A stretch of 64,000 nucleotides of DNA from Balanoglossus misakiensis (Eukaryota; Animalia; Hemichordata): assembly GCA_040954595.2 (NCBI GenBank), contig CM082581.2:12150286-12214285 (forward strand), written 5' to 3'. The translations under genes were made by a program, and so were the position numbers. Under the pieces are notes generated by a model. The model was given only the letters and a program-made list of their open reading frames with translations. It ran no database searches and was not told the DNA's origin. This document shows positions 13,771-26,500 of this stretch, piece after piece. Position 1 is the stretch's first letter. Every line of letters begins with the position of its first letter.

Positions 13771-16178
13771 TTACAGGAACATGTCTTCAAAATACTCGTC
13801 AAACTCATCCTCCCTGTGAAAAAGAAGGCAAAAAACACCAGTATTATTAAGAGTGCTATCTACATGTCAGAATGTGTTGGAGGTGAAACACTGAGACAAC
13901 ATTGGGGAATGCTTCTTTATCTTGCCCATATGGGCATCATAACTGATCATCAACCTACCTTGACTTTTCTTCTGTAAATTTCGCAGGACCGCTCCAAGCT
14001 TCACTCTCAGACACCTTGCTCAGACCGTGCGCACCTGAAATTTAGAAGCAGTAAACACATTATGATAGCCATCCCTTTTTCAGGAAATCTGAACTTGGAC
14101 TAAGTGTACCAGCAGAATCAAGTTTATAAGGGCAACAGCTGAAAGGGTCAGAAAAAAAGACTTATTAAAGAAGCTGCAAGATGCTGAAATGTTATTCTTT
14201 CTACATCAGGCAAGTACAAATGTTGGACAGAGTTCCCCCCAGAGACAATTCAAACCTTTTGAAGTGCCTGGTGTGCTTGTTTCTCCTCCATCTCTCTCAG
14301 AATCACTCGATGAACTCTCAGAATCTGAATCTTTGTCTTCACTTCTCCGTCTCTTCTTTTTGTGATGTCTGTGTTTGTGTTTATGTTTCTTCTTGTTTTT
14401 GTGTTTGGAGTGTTTTCTCTTGCGACCAATGTTTTCTGCTGCAGCTGTGGCCTTTCTCTTGGTAATATCTTTCTTCTTGTGGTGATAGTTTAGTTTGTAT
14501 GAACACTCAGGACAAAGCCCTGCAATCAATAAAATTGATGTCACAGATCAGGGTCCAAAGGTTATTTCACAGCAGCACGGACAAAGATGGTCTATTCACA
14601 TATAAATGCAGAAGTGAATTGATGGGATAAATATTCTCTCTGCAGTCTAACCTAATGTTTTGGAACTTCAGGGCGTCGACTAATATGCAGCTAAAACACT
14701 GGGATTGACTGGACTCTGGTGTCACATAAAATGAGTTTGCTATCTCCTGGGTGAAATACCTACTGAGTTTAACAAGCGCATTTTTCTTTTCACCATGTTC
14801 CATGTACCCAAAGTTGACCTCCCAAGTCCTCAATTCCTCACTTTCATCGCACTTCTTGTTGCCACAGGAAAACTGACCTTTGCCCTCAATTACTTCTTTC
14901 TCCACTCTCCATCTCAAAGCTAGCTGTTTGCAGAAGATAAATGACACCATGTGTTTATGTCAGAGAATGTATGTGTGGTTACTTTGCTATTCATGAGTCT
15001 CGAAACAACTTCACACAATTCGGTAATTGAATTGCTGTACACTTACACCTATAAAACTTAAAGTGGTACATCAGTGAAATAGTGATGAGAATCCTCAGAG
15101 ATGTTTCACTCTATGCATACATAAATCACTGTACTTGTTTTTCATTGTCACACCAACAGAAAAAAAATAAGAAAATTTCAACATGTTTATAACAACTATG
15201 CTTTTATTTTCACAGATTTTTCTTGTACCATAATATTGTCTGAAAACTAAACTCCCTTCAAGCACTCACTTTATTTTCTTTGTATCTGCTGAGATCTGAT
15301 ATGGTATATTCCTTGAATAATTTATCCCAATATTTCTTGGACAGACTCTTTGCCCAGTCACTGTCATCATCATCATCTTCATTCCATAGGAATCGGTGAT
15401 GTTCCCGGATGACATCTAGGTCTGTTTTGTCATTGGCCCTGAAAGTGTGTGAAGTTTTGGGCAAAATTATAGTCTGATACTTTTTCAATACAAATTTACA
15501 GGAATGTAATGTAATACCAGAGAACTGAATGATCCATCGCATGAGGGCGGCCTCCATAGGGATGAGAGGAGAGGAGACCTCCGTTTCCTGACCATGTGTG
15601 GAGGGACTGAGGACTGATGAAACTATAACATAACATACTTACGTTGATCTTTTAAGATCACTTTTGGAGCCACCATAGTATAATAGATAATTATTGACAA
15701 ATTGTTTGTGTCGGGAATACTGATAAAAGCTAAGGAAATGAAATTTCTGAGCTTTCAATTTACCTTTCTCTTGAAAAGGTCTGAAAAAACATTGAAGAAA
15801 TGAAAAATCAGTCCATGAAAGCCACACAATAAATTATTAAGTATATATATGATAAACAAAATTATATAAGGATACGGCATCCAGAGAGAGATAATGGAAT
15901 CGTTGATTCTTGCCTTCTTCCCTGAAAATATTAAAAATTTACATACAATTACATTTTGAAATAGAAGAAAAGACAAAGTTTATTCTCACTGACTATACAG
16001 CAGCACATTTGGTTAATATTTCAACAAACTGCACTTGGAAAATTAGCCTGATGATGCTCAATACCTGTCATATTTGTCTGCCAATTCCCGTTTTGAAGGA
16101 ACACCACTCGTTGAAGACTTGTTCTTGTTGGTTGCTAGGTCATGTCTTGCTCTGTGGATAAGGAAAAACGGTTAGTCT

Positions 16179-16244
<66 letters not shown>

Positions 16245-16978
16245 CGACGACAGCGATGACAACGACCATGAAGCATCAGCTGTAGCTCTTCAAGTTGCTG
16301 GAGTATACAAGAATGTAGCAGTGGAAACTTACTTCTTCTTTTTCTCAACTTCACTGTCATATTCGAATTCTGATCCATAATCCCCTCCAAGAAAAGCCTA
16401 TTTCAAAAACGATGGAAAACGGGGTGACAATATAAGTACCTGGATTAAAGAATAACAAATACTTTTTCCTCGATACTTGTATTGAGATTATAGGGTCAGG
16501 CCTACTAGTGTTGTACACCTGTTCCCAGCCATTGGTTCCCAGCTGCAGAGTGCAGAGCGAAATTGACCAATCACATACCATGTTCTACATGTTTCAGGTG
16601 TGCAAAAGTACTTGACCAATCAGAATCATCGGGTCAATCATCCGAACTGTTTGTCCGCACTGCAATTTCTTTTTTTTATCTGAGACGCATACTGTGATTA
16701 TACGTACATGTATACATGTATTTATGGACAAAGCAAGTATGAATCGAACAAGACGTAAAAACACCGGAAACCCACAGGCCTGTACAGTGTACGCGGGGCT
16801 AGCAACCGGGGTGCCAGTGACTGTGGTAGTCGGTGCGATCCTGAATTTGTCGACAGAATGTCTATCTGTAGAAATCATACTTTGTAATTATGTCACCCTA
16901 CACGCCTTAGTTTGTCTTATATCGTTGTGTAAACGTTATTTCAGTCCTTACCCGAGCCAGATCAAGTTCTTCAGCCAT
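13771..16978 (-). CDS. FRA10AC1: FRA10AC1 (spliceosome-associated protein)
   Basis: Minus-strand exons at about 16978-16952, 16397-16333, 16151-16065, 15921-15876, 15719-15643, 15438-15269, 14923-14764, 14519-14256, 14034-13959, 13813-13771. Peptides NDKTDLDVIREHHRFLW, KKYWDKLFKEY, RWRVEKEVIEGKGQFSCGNK, WEVNFGYMEHGEKKNALVKLRLCPECSYKLNYHH, and C-terminal DEFDEYFEDMFL match the family. Confidence 0.95.
15720..15875 (-). other. U12-type (minor spliceosome) GT-AG intron in FRA10AC1
   Basis: Donor GTATCCTT; branch-like TTCCTTAGC about 10 nt before the AG; no polypyrimidine tract; joins LSLDA|YSRHK in frame. Confidence 0.85.
16179..16244. repeat. (GAT/ATC)n microsatellite, about 22 units, in FRA10AC1 intron 2
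   Basis: Direct read; it produces the spurious poly-His ORF 16172-16390. Confidence 0.97.
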
Positions 16979-17025
16979 ATTTACTTTCCAGTCTGTGGCG
17001 TACGAGGGCGTTATTTATTTACAAA
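16979..17025. promoter_or_regulatory. 47-bp spacer between divergent start codons of FRA10AC1 and EXOSC1 (bidirectional promoter core)
   Basis: FRA10AC1 ATG at 16978 (-) and EXOSC1 ATG at 17026 (+); YY1-like AAAATGGCG overlaps the EXOSC1 start. Confidence 0.75.
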
Positions 17026-18578
17026 ATGGCGGCGCCCAGGATTTGTGTACCTGGTGAGTTTTCAGTTGTTCTTGTTCGTTTTACGTGGTTTACTGTTACC
17101 CGACTGTGCTGTAACAGAAGTACAGCGAAAGAATATATTTAGGCTTCAAAAATAATCAATCTGTGTATGGTTTGCCAAAGAACATTTTTATATTTTTGAA
17201 GATTCGAGTAGTTTTCGACGAGACATTATTGACACGTGTGTTGTATTGTACCATAGCTGCAGTTCAGTAGCTCGAGGTTTTGCCTTGCTTTGTGTGTTAT
17301 ACGGGTCTGGTATCACATGGTGAAACCTGCTATTGTTGTCATCAGCTTACATACAGCAGCAGTTTCACGAATAATATTTTCAATCATCAGGAGAAAGGCT
17401 TGGCAGTTTAGATCAATATGAAGGAAGTAATGGAACTTATGCAAGACATGGGTATCTGTACTCCTCATTAGCTGGATACGTCCATGTGACAGAAGAGGCA
17501 AAGGGAAAGGTAAATGTGCCAGGACAAGAGGTTCAAGTAGTACATTTTCATCTCATTGGTGATGTCTTCTCAATTGCACATTCAGAGTTGTGCTGTCCAT
17601 GTCATCAAATACAGTTATGTGGTGTTATTTGTTTTATTCAAGTTACCAATTCTTGAAGTATTGAGAGAAGAACAGCAGTCGGTCATCCCAGAAGTTGGAT
17701 CTATTGTCACAGTAAAGGTATGTAATTCTATTTTTGTGTTTTTCAGTCTTTCTATACACTCATTTTGCTGTCATAGACAGTTTTCATTCATTTCAGTTGA
17801 GAGCGCCCTCTGTGGTTGTGATTTCCATACCTTTGTTTTTCACTTATGTGCTGCATGGATTTTTGACTTCCACAAGATAACCAATGTGAGTTCACGGTTT
17901 TGTAAATGTGCCATACTGTGTGTAGAAGAAACCCCACTCAAAGATACTTTCAGAGGAATGATACGCAAGGAAGATGTTCGGGCTACTGAGAAAGACAAAG
18001 TTGAAATGTATAAGAGTTTTCGCCCAGGAGATATTGTGATAGCAAAAGTTGTATCCTTTTACATGGATGGAAACGTGTTGGTATGTGTGTGTCTGTATGA
18101 ATTAAGAGGCAAAGACACCTGTTTACTTTTTCCATATGAACATTTTACTCACCACATACATGTATACTTATTTCTGCACCCATGATTTTTAGAACTCCCC
18201 ACATGCTCCAAGAATGAGCTACTATGCCTGGCATGGTGATATGTCTTGTAATTAACGTTTCCTTGACAATCTGTGTAGCTTTCTCTTGGTGATGCACATT
18301 CGTATCTCCTGACAACAGCAGAGAACGAACTAGGAGTGGTGCTTGCTCAAAGTGAGGCTGGTAAGTTCAAATTGCTGACCCAAGGAAAGTTGACAGAATT
18401 CCTGCACACAACGGAATGTTTCAAGTGTAACCACCATTCAATGCTATTGATGTTTCTTTTCTTTTCAGGTGTCAACATGATCCCAGTTAGTTGGTGTGAG
18501 ATGCAGTGTCCCAAAACACACATCAAAGAATACAGAAAAGTTGCTAAAGTACAACCACAGCACATACTAACAAGCTAG
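17026..18578 (+). CDS. EXOSC1: Exosome complex component CSL4
   Basis: Exons at about 17026-17053, 17391-17509, 17643-17717, 17877-18050, 18279-18361, 18469-18578. [105 protein letters not shown]. Confidence 0.96.
18051..18278 (+). other. U12-type GT-AG intron in EXOSC1
   Basis: Donor GTATCCTTTT; branch TTTCCTTGAC at 18258-18267; AG at 18277-78; joins IAKV|LSLGD. Confidence 0.92.
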
Positions 18579-19602
18579 CATTGATTTCACCTACATTTTG
18601 AATACAAGTAAAAGATTTTAATATTTAGATCTGTTTGGGAATTTAAACTACACATTTCTTTTAATAAATTTACTTTTCATATTCACCAGAAGACAGAATG
18701 TGTTTATTTTTTCTGCTTCACATTGTGTAATATATTTCAGTGGGCAGAAAGAATGAACAAAGCTACAAGCACATTTGAAGGATTCACAACAAAGATAAGT
18801 TTATTGTAATTATTTCTCTTAGAGTACAGGAATGTAAAAAATTAAGTGATATGTCTTTGTATGCCTGAGATATCCCATAAGCAGCTGTCACTACGCAAAG
18901 CTCATTATACTGTTGTCAGAAATTAGCATGTCTCAAATCAAGTGTAACAAATATTGACACAGCGTCAGGATGACTTCAACTTCTTACTTGTCACAAATTT
19001 ATTGGTCTGAAAACATTTCAGTTCGATTTTGCCAGATGATTGCACTGTATTGTGTCTGAGAAGCTGGAATAGTTCATCCTGTTTCTACCCATACTGTAGT
19101 TGCTATAGCATCTGCTGAAATTTGGAGGAAATTGATCTTGTGATAATAATATTGCATTGAACATGCACCTGTATCGAAAGCAGGCAAATATGAGCAACCA
19201 TATAATTCATAATTGCAAGGGTTGTCACAAGAATGGCGAAAATCTTAATTCTGAAACAAAATTTTGTCCCCTTTTAAAACAACAAATGAAAAGTTTCATA
19301 TGAATCGCCATGAACTGACATCAATTTCTTATTTTATTATATAATATAAATACATATTCTATAAAAACCAGTTCCTCAATTTCATTGGCAACAATAGTAC
19401 ATGTATATCTTCATGTCCTGTTTAATTTCTCATGAATATTCTCATATCCTGATTATTGTCCTTTTCCTTGGCACTGCCAGTAGTGTTACTTCCTGTACTG
19501 CATACATTATCTTTTCAAACAACACTAGGTATTAAGCCTGGAGTAACCCAGGGGGTTGCAAGAAGTGGTTAAAAATTGGCAAAAAATTACAAATTTATAT
19601 AT

Positions 19603-22073
19603 CTATGCCAGGAGAAAATCTGCCTGTCCCTCTTCAAAACCTGAACATTTGTCGATGAAATTCTGGAATTCTTTCTTCAGCTCAGCATGTTTCTCTTCCA
19701 TCTGTCGTTTGTCGTCTTCTAGTTTTGAAATCACTCGGAGCGCTTGCTGGTGATTATCATAATGAGTCCTGATTTGATATTCCAAGTAACTCACTTGCTG
19801 AGCGTGTTCACCTTTGACCTTGGCAAGTTCATCGGCCGCCACTTTCCTCTCCCTTCGGATTGCGTCGGATACGGCAAGTTCTTTTTCTCGCAGCAGTTTT
19901 GCTTTCAATTCGGCCAGCGCTTGTTTTTTATCTGCGGCAGCTTTCTCTGCAGTTTCTTTTTCTCTCTGAGCTACTTCCCTGAAGTGCAGAAAATAAAATA
20001 TGTATGTCAGACTTCAAATATTCCCATAATTCCCTTCATATACATGCAATCTGGGATTTTCTTATGATCAAAATGAACCTACACAAAACTTCCATGACAG
20101 AATGATTTACTGGTATTTAAACTTTACCCATGTAAATAATTCCTAACAAAGAGCCACCATCGAATTGTCAAGCAAGTTACCTCACAATAGTTGAAAATTT
20201 TCACCTATGAACAGTTCCTAAGAATCCCCTAACATCTATTAAATCTATACTGTGCATGTATTTGTAGTCACAAAAGTCCACTCAGCAGTTGTCTGTCTGC
20301 ACTGAACAGAGCTAATCACATCTGTAAATACTACCACCCATGGTTGGCATGGCAATGCTCCGTCAACAACAGGTTTGTTTTTTCTCTGTCAGATCATCCT
20401 TTGTAGTAACTTCAATCAAATGATTTCAGAATACAAAGCTGAAATGGGAAGTTTTTTCTCTCTGACAAAGTACTTGTCCACAGTTTAACTCCACATTCTG
20501 TCCATAGTTTCTTTGGGAACAATGGAACAGTGACAATAAAGTGTCACAAACAAAAAGTAATTCCTTCAATTTATTAAGTGTACAAGGATAGTAATAAAAC
20601 CCTACAGTGACTTTTTATTTGATTGTCCTCTAAAGGCCAGTTAGTCAGAGAGAAAGTTAAATCTTTTCCTTGGGCCTGCAGCACAAAAAATAATAGACTG
20701 CATTTATTTTAGAAGGGTTTCAACATCCAAGTGGCCAGTTTGACAAATTTCAAGTAGCAAACTTTAGTCTCCATGCAACTCAGTTATTATTGGTAATAGA
20801 AAAAAATATCACTACTTAAACTTTGATTGTAAAATTGTCAGACTCGCATGCTTGTCAGTATAATAACTTACTTGGCCACTTTTTCTGCAATGTCTTTAGC
20901 AATTTTCATTTCTTCTTCCCTGGCTTCAGCAACTGCTTTGGTTTTTGCCGTTTCTCCCTCTTTTTTAGTTTTTGCCACTGCATCTTGGAGTCTCTTTTCA
21001 CCAGACTCTCTCTCGGCTTTCACTTTTTCGATCGTCTCCTTTTGCAGCTCTCCTTCCACTCTCACGATTTCTTCCTTCATTCGGAACAGAAAGAAATCAT
21101 TTCAGGACAAAAAAGGTTTCGACAAATAAAAGCTGACTCCTGATTATTTTGACATCAAGGGCAAATGTGAAAGAAATTTGAAAGTCAAAATCATAGAGTG
21201 CATTGGGAACTAATATCAGCGATGTAAACACTGGACATTTTCTGCTGAACTGTACCTTAATTTCTTTTTCATGCGCCTTCTTGAGAGCTTTGACAGCCTT
21301 CTCTTTCTCTACAACAGCTTGTTGCCGGCATTTTTCCACAGCATCTTCCTTGATTTCATCAGCCTCTTTCCAGACTCCTTTTTTAGCCACTTCAATGTCA
21401 TGTGCTTTTTCCTTGTTCAGTTGATCCAAGAGATCTTTGTGGATAACATCACCAATATCTACAGGGGAAAAAACAGTGTAGTGTATGTTTAAACTTAATT
21501 AATTCATGCCAAAGTATTGCATTAGTCATTCAAAACGTCTCCCTGGGTTGAAATATTACAAATCAATTACACCAGCAACTATTTTATTACATTGTACTTG
21601 GAACGCCCTGTCAATAATTGACTGCAACTTGGACATACTCCTTAACAAATCAAACCTTTTGTTATCGACTGACATCAGGAATGTTCCAATATTTATTACA
21701 TGTATTTCACCCATTAAATCGTTTCCTTGAGCCCTTCACTGGTATGTGAAAATAAATGAAAGACCTAATGTAGCGTAACTGGTTCACTGCAAAGTACCTT
21801 GTTCTTCACAGATAATTTTACAGCCACTGGTAATCGTAACGTAAACAGGGCTATACGGTTACCACTGTGTATAGCAACGTACAGCATTTTTTTTCTGTAA
21901 AAGTCATGTCAATTTCAGAGAGGAAAATATAAATATATTCGATTATACTTACTGACTATAGATTTATGTGTATAAGCTTGTACCATCACAGGTTTGCTAT
22001 CTTCATATCGCAGGGGTATTCCATCGTAACGTGGAGAAAGTGCGCGGTTGCTGTCTTGATCCTGAGACATCAT
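19603..22073 (-). CDS. Coiled-coil protein, C6orf163-like
   Basis: Exons at about 22073-21953, 21458-21256, 21074-20872, 19978-19603. N-terminal YTHKSIVNIG and C-terminal FQNFID....EGQADFLL resemble human C6orf163 (YTHKDILDIG; FQKYIN....PGHADFIL, from memory); E/K/A-rich coiled coil in between. Confidence 0.75.
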
Positions 22074-22614
22074 GAACTGAGTGCCTACTATACTCAGTAA
22101 TCGCTCAATTTAAAACTGCTACACTTTACACGGTACGGGTTACAAGCCAGAAACTAGGCCTTGTTGTAAACAGTGTTCATTTATCAGATCGGTATCGTAT
22201 GTGCTAATGGCTTTTAGCACCTATCCACTTTTAATTCCGCCGATGCCTTTGAATATAGAAAGTTGCACTCACGCTGGCGATTGAGCTAACGATCAGCGTA
22301 GCAAACACATCACAGGAAACTCATTACACGTAAGTGTGTACACGGCCATTGATTCTATTAGTGTACTTTACACGGTCAAACGGGTGCCTAACAACACACA
22401 AGGAATGCCCTGCATCACTAAATATAGTTCGTTTTTCAGTGATTATTCCTGTACCCACCAGCTTATATTCAAGCAAGAAAAATTACTATTTTTGCTTCTA
22501 TGACTTAATTATATAAATTGAAAAACCTTGTATTGAAAATTTCTCAGTTAAAATGGACAACCCAGGTACCTTGCGGAACGATTTTCATCGCATTGTCTAT
22601 TGTGATTTGACCTA

Positions 22615-22627
22615 GTAACTAAGCAAC
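22615..22627. promoter_or_regulatory. X-box-like motif GTAACTAAGCAAC between divergent C6orf163-like and HEATR4-like genes
   Basis: Imperfect RFX consensus just upstream of a candidate non-coding exon ending CAACAG|GTGGTT at about 22677. Confidence 0.35.
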
Positions 22628-23593
22628 GGTCGTAGTTGGCGCTCTACGGATAGCGCAGCTTGCTCAAGAGTCAACAGGTGGTTGTGTGTTCTTTTAATTT
22701 TGCTGAATCTGACATTAAAATAAAGTCTTTCAATTTATTTTTGAAATCTAACAGAAAATTTTGTTTTATCTTACATCAGCACCATCATTAAAATCAGACA
22801 ATATCACGACTGGTTGTGACTACAGTTATCAAAATCACTGGCACTCTGCTGAAGTTCTGACTTCTGTCTTCCATTTAAATCAAATAAATAAATTGGCTAT
22901 CATCAAGAATGGGAAAATAATATGTCCCAAAACAGGCGAATACGAGCAGATACCAGAAACACAAATACATTTATGCCAGGGAAAGTTATATCAAAATAAA
23001 AGTTGCCTGGTTGGTCCAAAACAAGGCCAGCTCTTAACTACCCAGAATGCCCTTCTCCGTCAACCATAGAAACGTACACAACAAGATGGCGGCGTCCTAG
23101 GCGAGGTGAAACCAAGCTAGTGTTAGTGTACGACATTTGTGCGTTTAACGGGGGTAAACAGGTATGTTTCAGCATAACATTAGATCTGATACGACCATAA
23201 TCAATGTTTAATTTGTTTAGTAGTGTCAATGGCCACCGAACAGTTTTACACGTTAGGTTTTTGACAGCTACTTGGTGCTGTAGTGTCTAAGCCGTAATGT
23301 AAACAGTATGCTGCAGTGTGTACAGACGCCCCCCCCCCCCACTCTTTGCCAGAATTTTTGAGGGGGATTCCACTCTGTCAAGAAGGACTGAAATATCTCC
23401 AACATGTGCATGACATCATTCTAAGGGGCACTGCCTCCCCCTTACAAATTGCTGGGGGTGCCAACATGTCAACAGGGGGTGACCCCCCCCCCCCCCCGTC
23501 TAGATGAAACACTGCTGACTGATCAGGATTTTAATGTCAACAAAAAATATATTCTGATAAATGTCATTTATTTTCTATGCTGTAGGTGAAAAG

Positions 23594-26500
23594 ATGTCAA
23601 CAGACAGGCTTGTCCACCCCCTACTTTTCCCGTGTGCATCAAAGGTGAAAATCCCTCAGGTTGGTGCAGATGAGTCCAAACTCAGGGCTAATAAAGCCCG
23701 GTTGGCTGAAATACCCCTGGGAAAATTACCCGAGGCACCAGGGAATCTGACCAAAGGTTATTTAAAAAAGATCAGCGCTGACTTGAAGTTTAGTGATGAT
23801 GTCATCGAGCAGCGGGGAGCACACACCCTCCCTTATGATGAGAATAAACTCATGGGGGTGTATGATTTCACTGAGTTTTGCAAGCCGCGGCCCAAGAGTC
23901 ACATCATCATTGGGCGTCACAACACACGGGGACCAGATCGGAAACACCTGCCGTGTAATTTGAAGAAGAGGCACCATCATCTGATGCCACTTGATCACAA
24001 AAAGAGAGGGAAAAAGAAGTCAAAGGAACTGGAGGAGGGAGAGGAGGCAGAGAAAGATGAACTTAGGGAGTCTGAATCTGAGGAGAGTGACAGGTCATCG
24101 GATGTTATATCACCCGTTGGTAAATCTGTCAGGGTCAAGCTGCCAAGGTCACCATCACCTGCCGGGTCTCCCGAACCAGGGGAGACGTTTCTAACCGAAG
24201 CAGCTCTGGCTGCGAAAGAGTGTGCAGAGAAAAGCATCAAAGAAGCAATGAAATGGGAGGAGTACCTGATGTTGAGTTTGAGCAAAACGACAGCACGGTG
24301 GATAGTCAGCGAGAAGAGCACTGGTCCACAGCAAGATTCGTTGAACAGGCTGCTGGTTGATCAGTATGGAGAGCCACAGCAGCCAACAGACACACTTCTC
24401 AAGGACGATGCGAGCGTCAGTGACCTGGGAGGCACATCTGAACCAGACCTGATGTCACGATCGCGCGACAAACACCTTGAGAAACGGGCCAAAGTGATGT
24501 CGCCTGATGGTTTGAGTGAAGTCACGGAAGGGGGTGAACCCAAGTCCAAGCCACTGATATCTTTTTACAGACTTCCAGGCGGAGTCCGGAGGCAACACAA
24601 AGAAATTGAAAAAGAACAAACAGGTAACCTCTCAAGGGTACCACATTAACCCTTTCACCCCCCCCCCCCCAGTTCCCAGTATTTGACACCCTTTGTCTTT
24701 TGCATGTAAGAAGATCATCTGCCCTTGCATTCCTCACAGTTTAATGACTTTTCCCTTAAATTTTAGGTGCCCTAAATACAACAGCCAATGAGATTATTGT
24801 CCATCCGCACAAGCCACCACCACCAAAGACACTGAAAGATTTCATCAACCCTGCAGTTGGAGACAAGGTCCATATGACAGATAATCAGTTTGAACAAGAA
24901 TGGTTGACAGGTGAGTAGATACAGACTGTGGTGAAATAAATGCAGGTATGTAATAATGAAATGCTTTTGTTTCTTTATTGATATCCTAGAATAAAACTTT
25001 GTCTTGGCTCCAAATGAACTGAAGTGTTTATTATTATCTCATTTCAGGTGCAAAACAAGTTTATCAGCTGAGTGGTGACAAAACACAGATTGTACTAGAC
25101 ACCGGGAACAAGTATAAGGTCATATTCCGGGAGAATTACCCTCAACCACCGGATACGTGGCATTATGAGGACAAACCCAAGGAAAAGAAGAAACAGAAAG
25201 GTTCAGACATCCAGAAACCAGCCAATGGAATTATCGTGAGAGGAATGGCAAAATGGGATCAACTTCCAGAACCAGATGATGTAAGCTGAATTTCTTGTTG
25301 TCCTAACCCATTCACTTGTATTTTAGTAACCCCATTACTTTACATCCCAGTGTAAAACAAGTTCCTATCAGCCTGCATTTTTTATTTTTTTTTATTTTAG
25401 AGTGACAGAAGGGGAGTTGCAATACGGGACACTGGTTTTGATGCAGACTTGAATCAGGGACCGGATGCAACAGCCATCAAGAAAGCCAGAGAAAATCCAG
25501 CGCTAACCAAAATAGGTAAATAAATCTATACAAAAGTTAATATCATGAATAGATTCTAATCTTGTTCATTTCTCTTGTAAATACTCTCTCAACAAAATAG
25601 TACAATGTGTATGTGTCTCAATGTAGATTTCAGGCGGTTGTTTGACGGCTTTGTATGATCACCTGAAAAATGACTTGTAACCACGGTTACACTTCCTGTG
25701 AATCTTGCATGTCATGTTATTTTTTTTTTGTCAGTGTAATAATTCATTTGTAAACTTTCCAAATGATGATTTCTATACTTTCCCTGCATGAATGTGTTCC
25801 GTCTATTGTAACATGTCTCGTTCCATCACTGATTGTCCGTTCCAATACACCCTGGTAGGGAACAAACCAATGTTGTCTGTAGGTAAGGAATGAACCCAGC
25901 AGACTGAAATGGATGAAATGTCAACATTTTCATGGCCTTTTGGTGGCAGTTTAAAAGCGATAATAAAAATTGCGGCATTGGGTTCTGCCTGCTCTGTAGC
26001 TTGATGCAATGTACCCCTAAATAAAACACTGGACAATACAACCCTTGCAAAATCCAAATACATTTAGCTTTTTGCAGTCTTAATCATTGCCAAGCTATCT
26101 ATGCATGTAGATAAATCTATATTCATGTAAATAGTTATGTAGTACATATGCTTCATTGGGTAATGTTTTCAGCAGAAACAGTTGAATTGCCGGCATAAAT
26201 GCTAATGATTTGGGATAGTTTAAACAATCTGTAGTTAATCAATTGCCACGCTTCTCAACATGTTGTGTAAATGAGTTCAAATCTTATCAATTTTAATGTC
26301 TATGTGATTTGGTGTGATCGTCTTAATGGCATTGGTTGTTATGCCAGTGGGTGGGAACATTAGTTGAAGTTGGACAAGGTCAAGGGTTAAGGTCAAATCA
26401 TTTTTGGGTGGTGTCAGTTTCATTTGTTATGTATGATTTGAATGTCACACATGTATCTGTGCAAACTTTATTTCCACAATACTCTTGCAGCATTCAGAAT

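Noticed and set aside
15720-15827. ORF segment FQEKGKLKAQKFHFLSFYQ as FRA10AC1 coding sequence
   Set aside because: It lies inside the U12 intron; exon 15921-15876 (REEGKNQRFHYLSLDA) matches the family better.
16172-16390. Poly-His ORF on the minus strand
   Set aside because: Artefact of the intronic (ATC)n microsatellite; the real FRA10AC1 exon uses another frame.
22761-23229. Short ORFs upstream of HEATR4
   Set aside because: No recognisable similarity; better explained as promoter and 5' UTR sequence.
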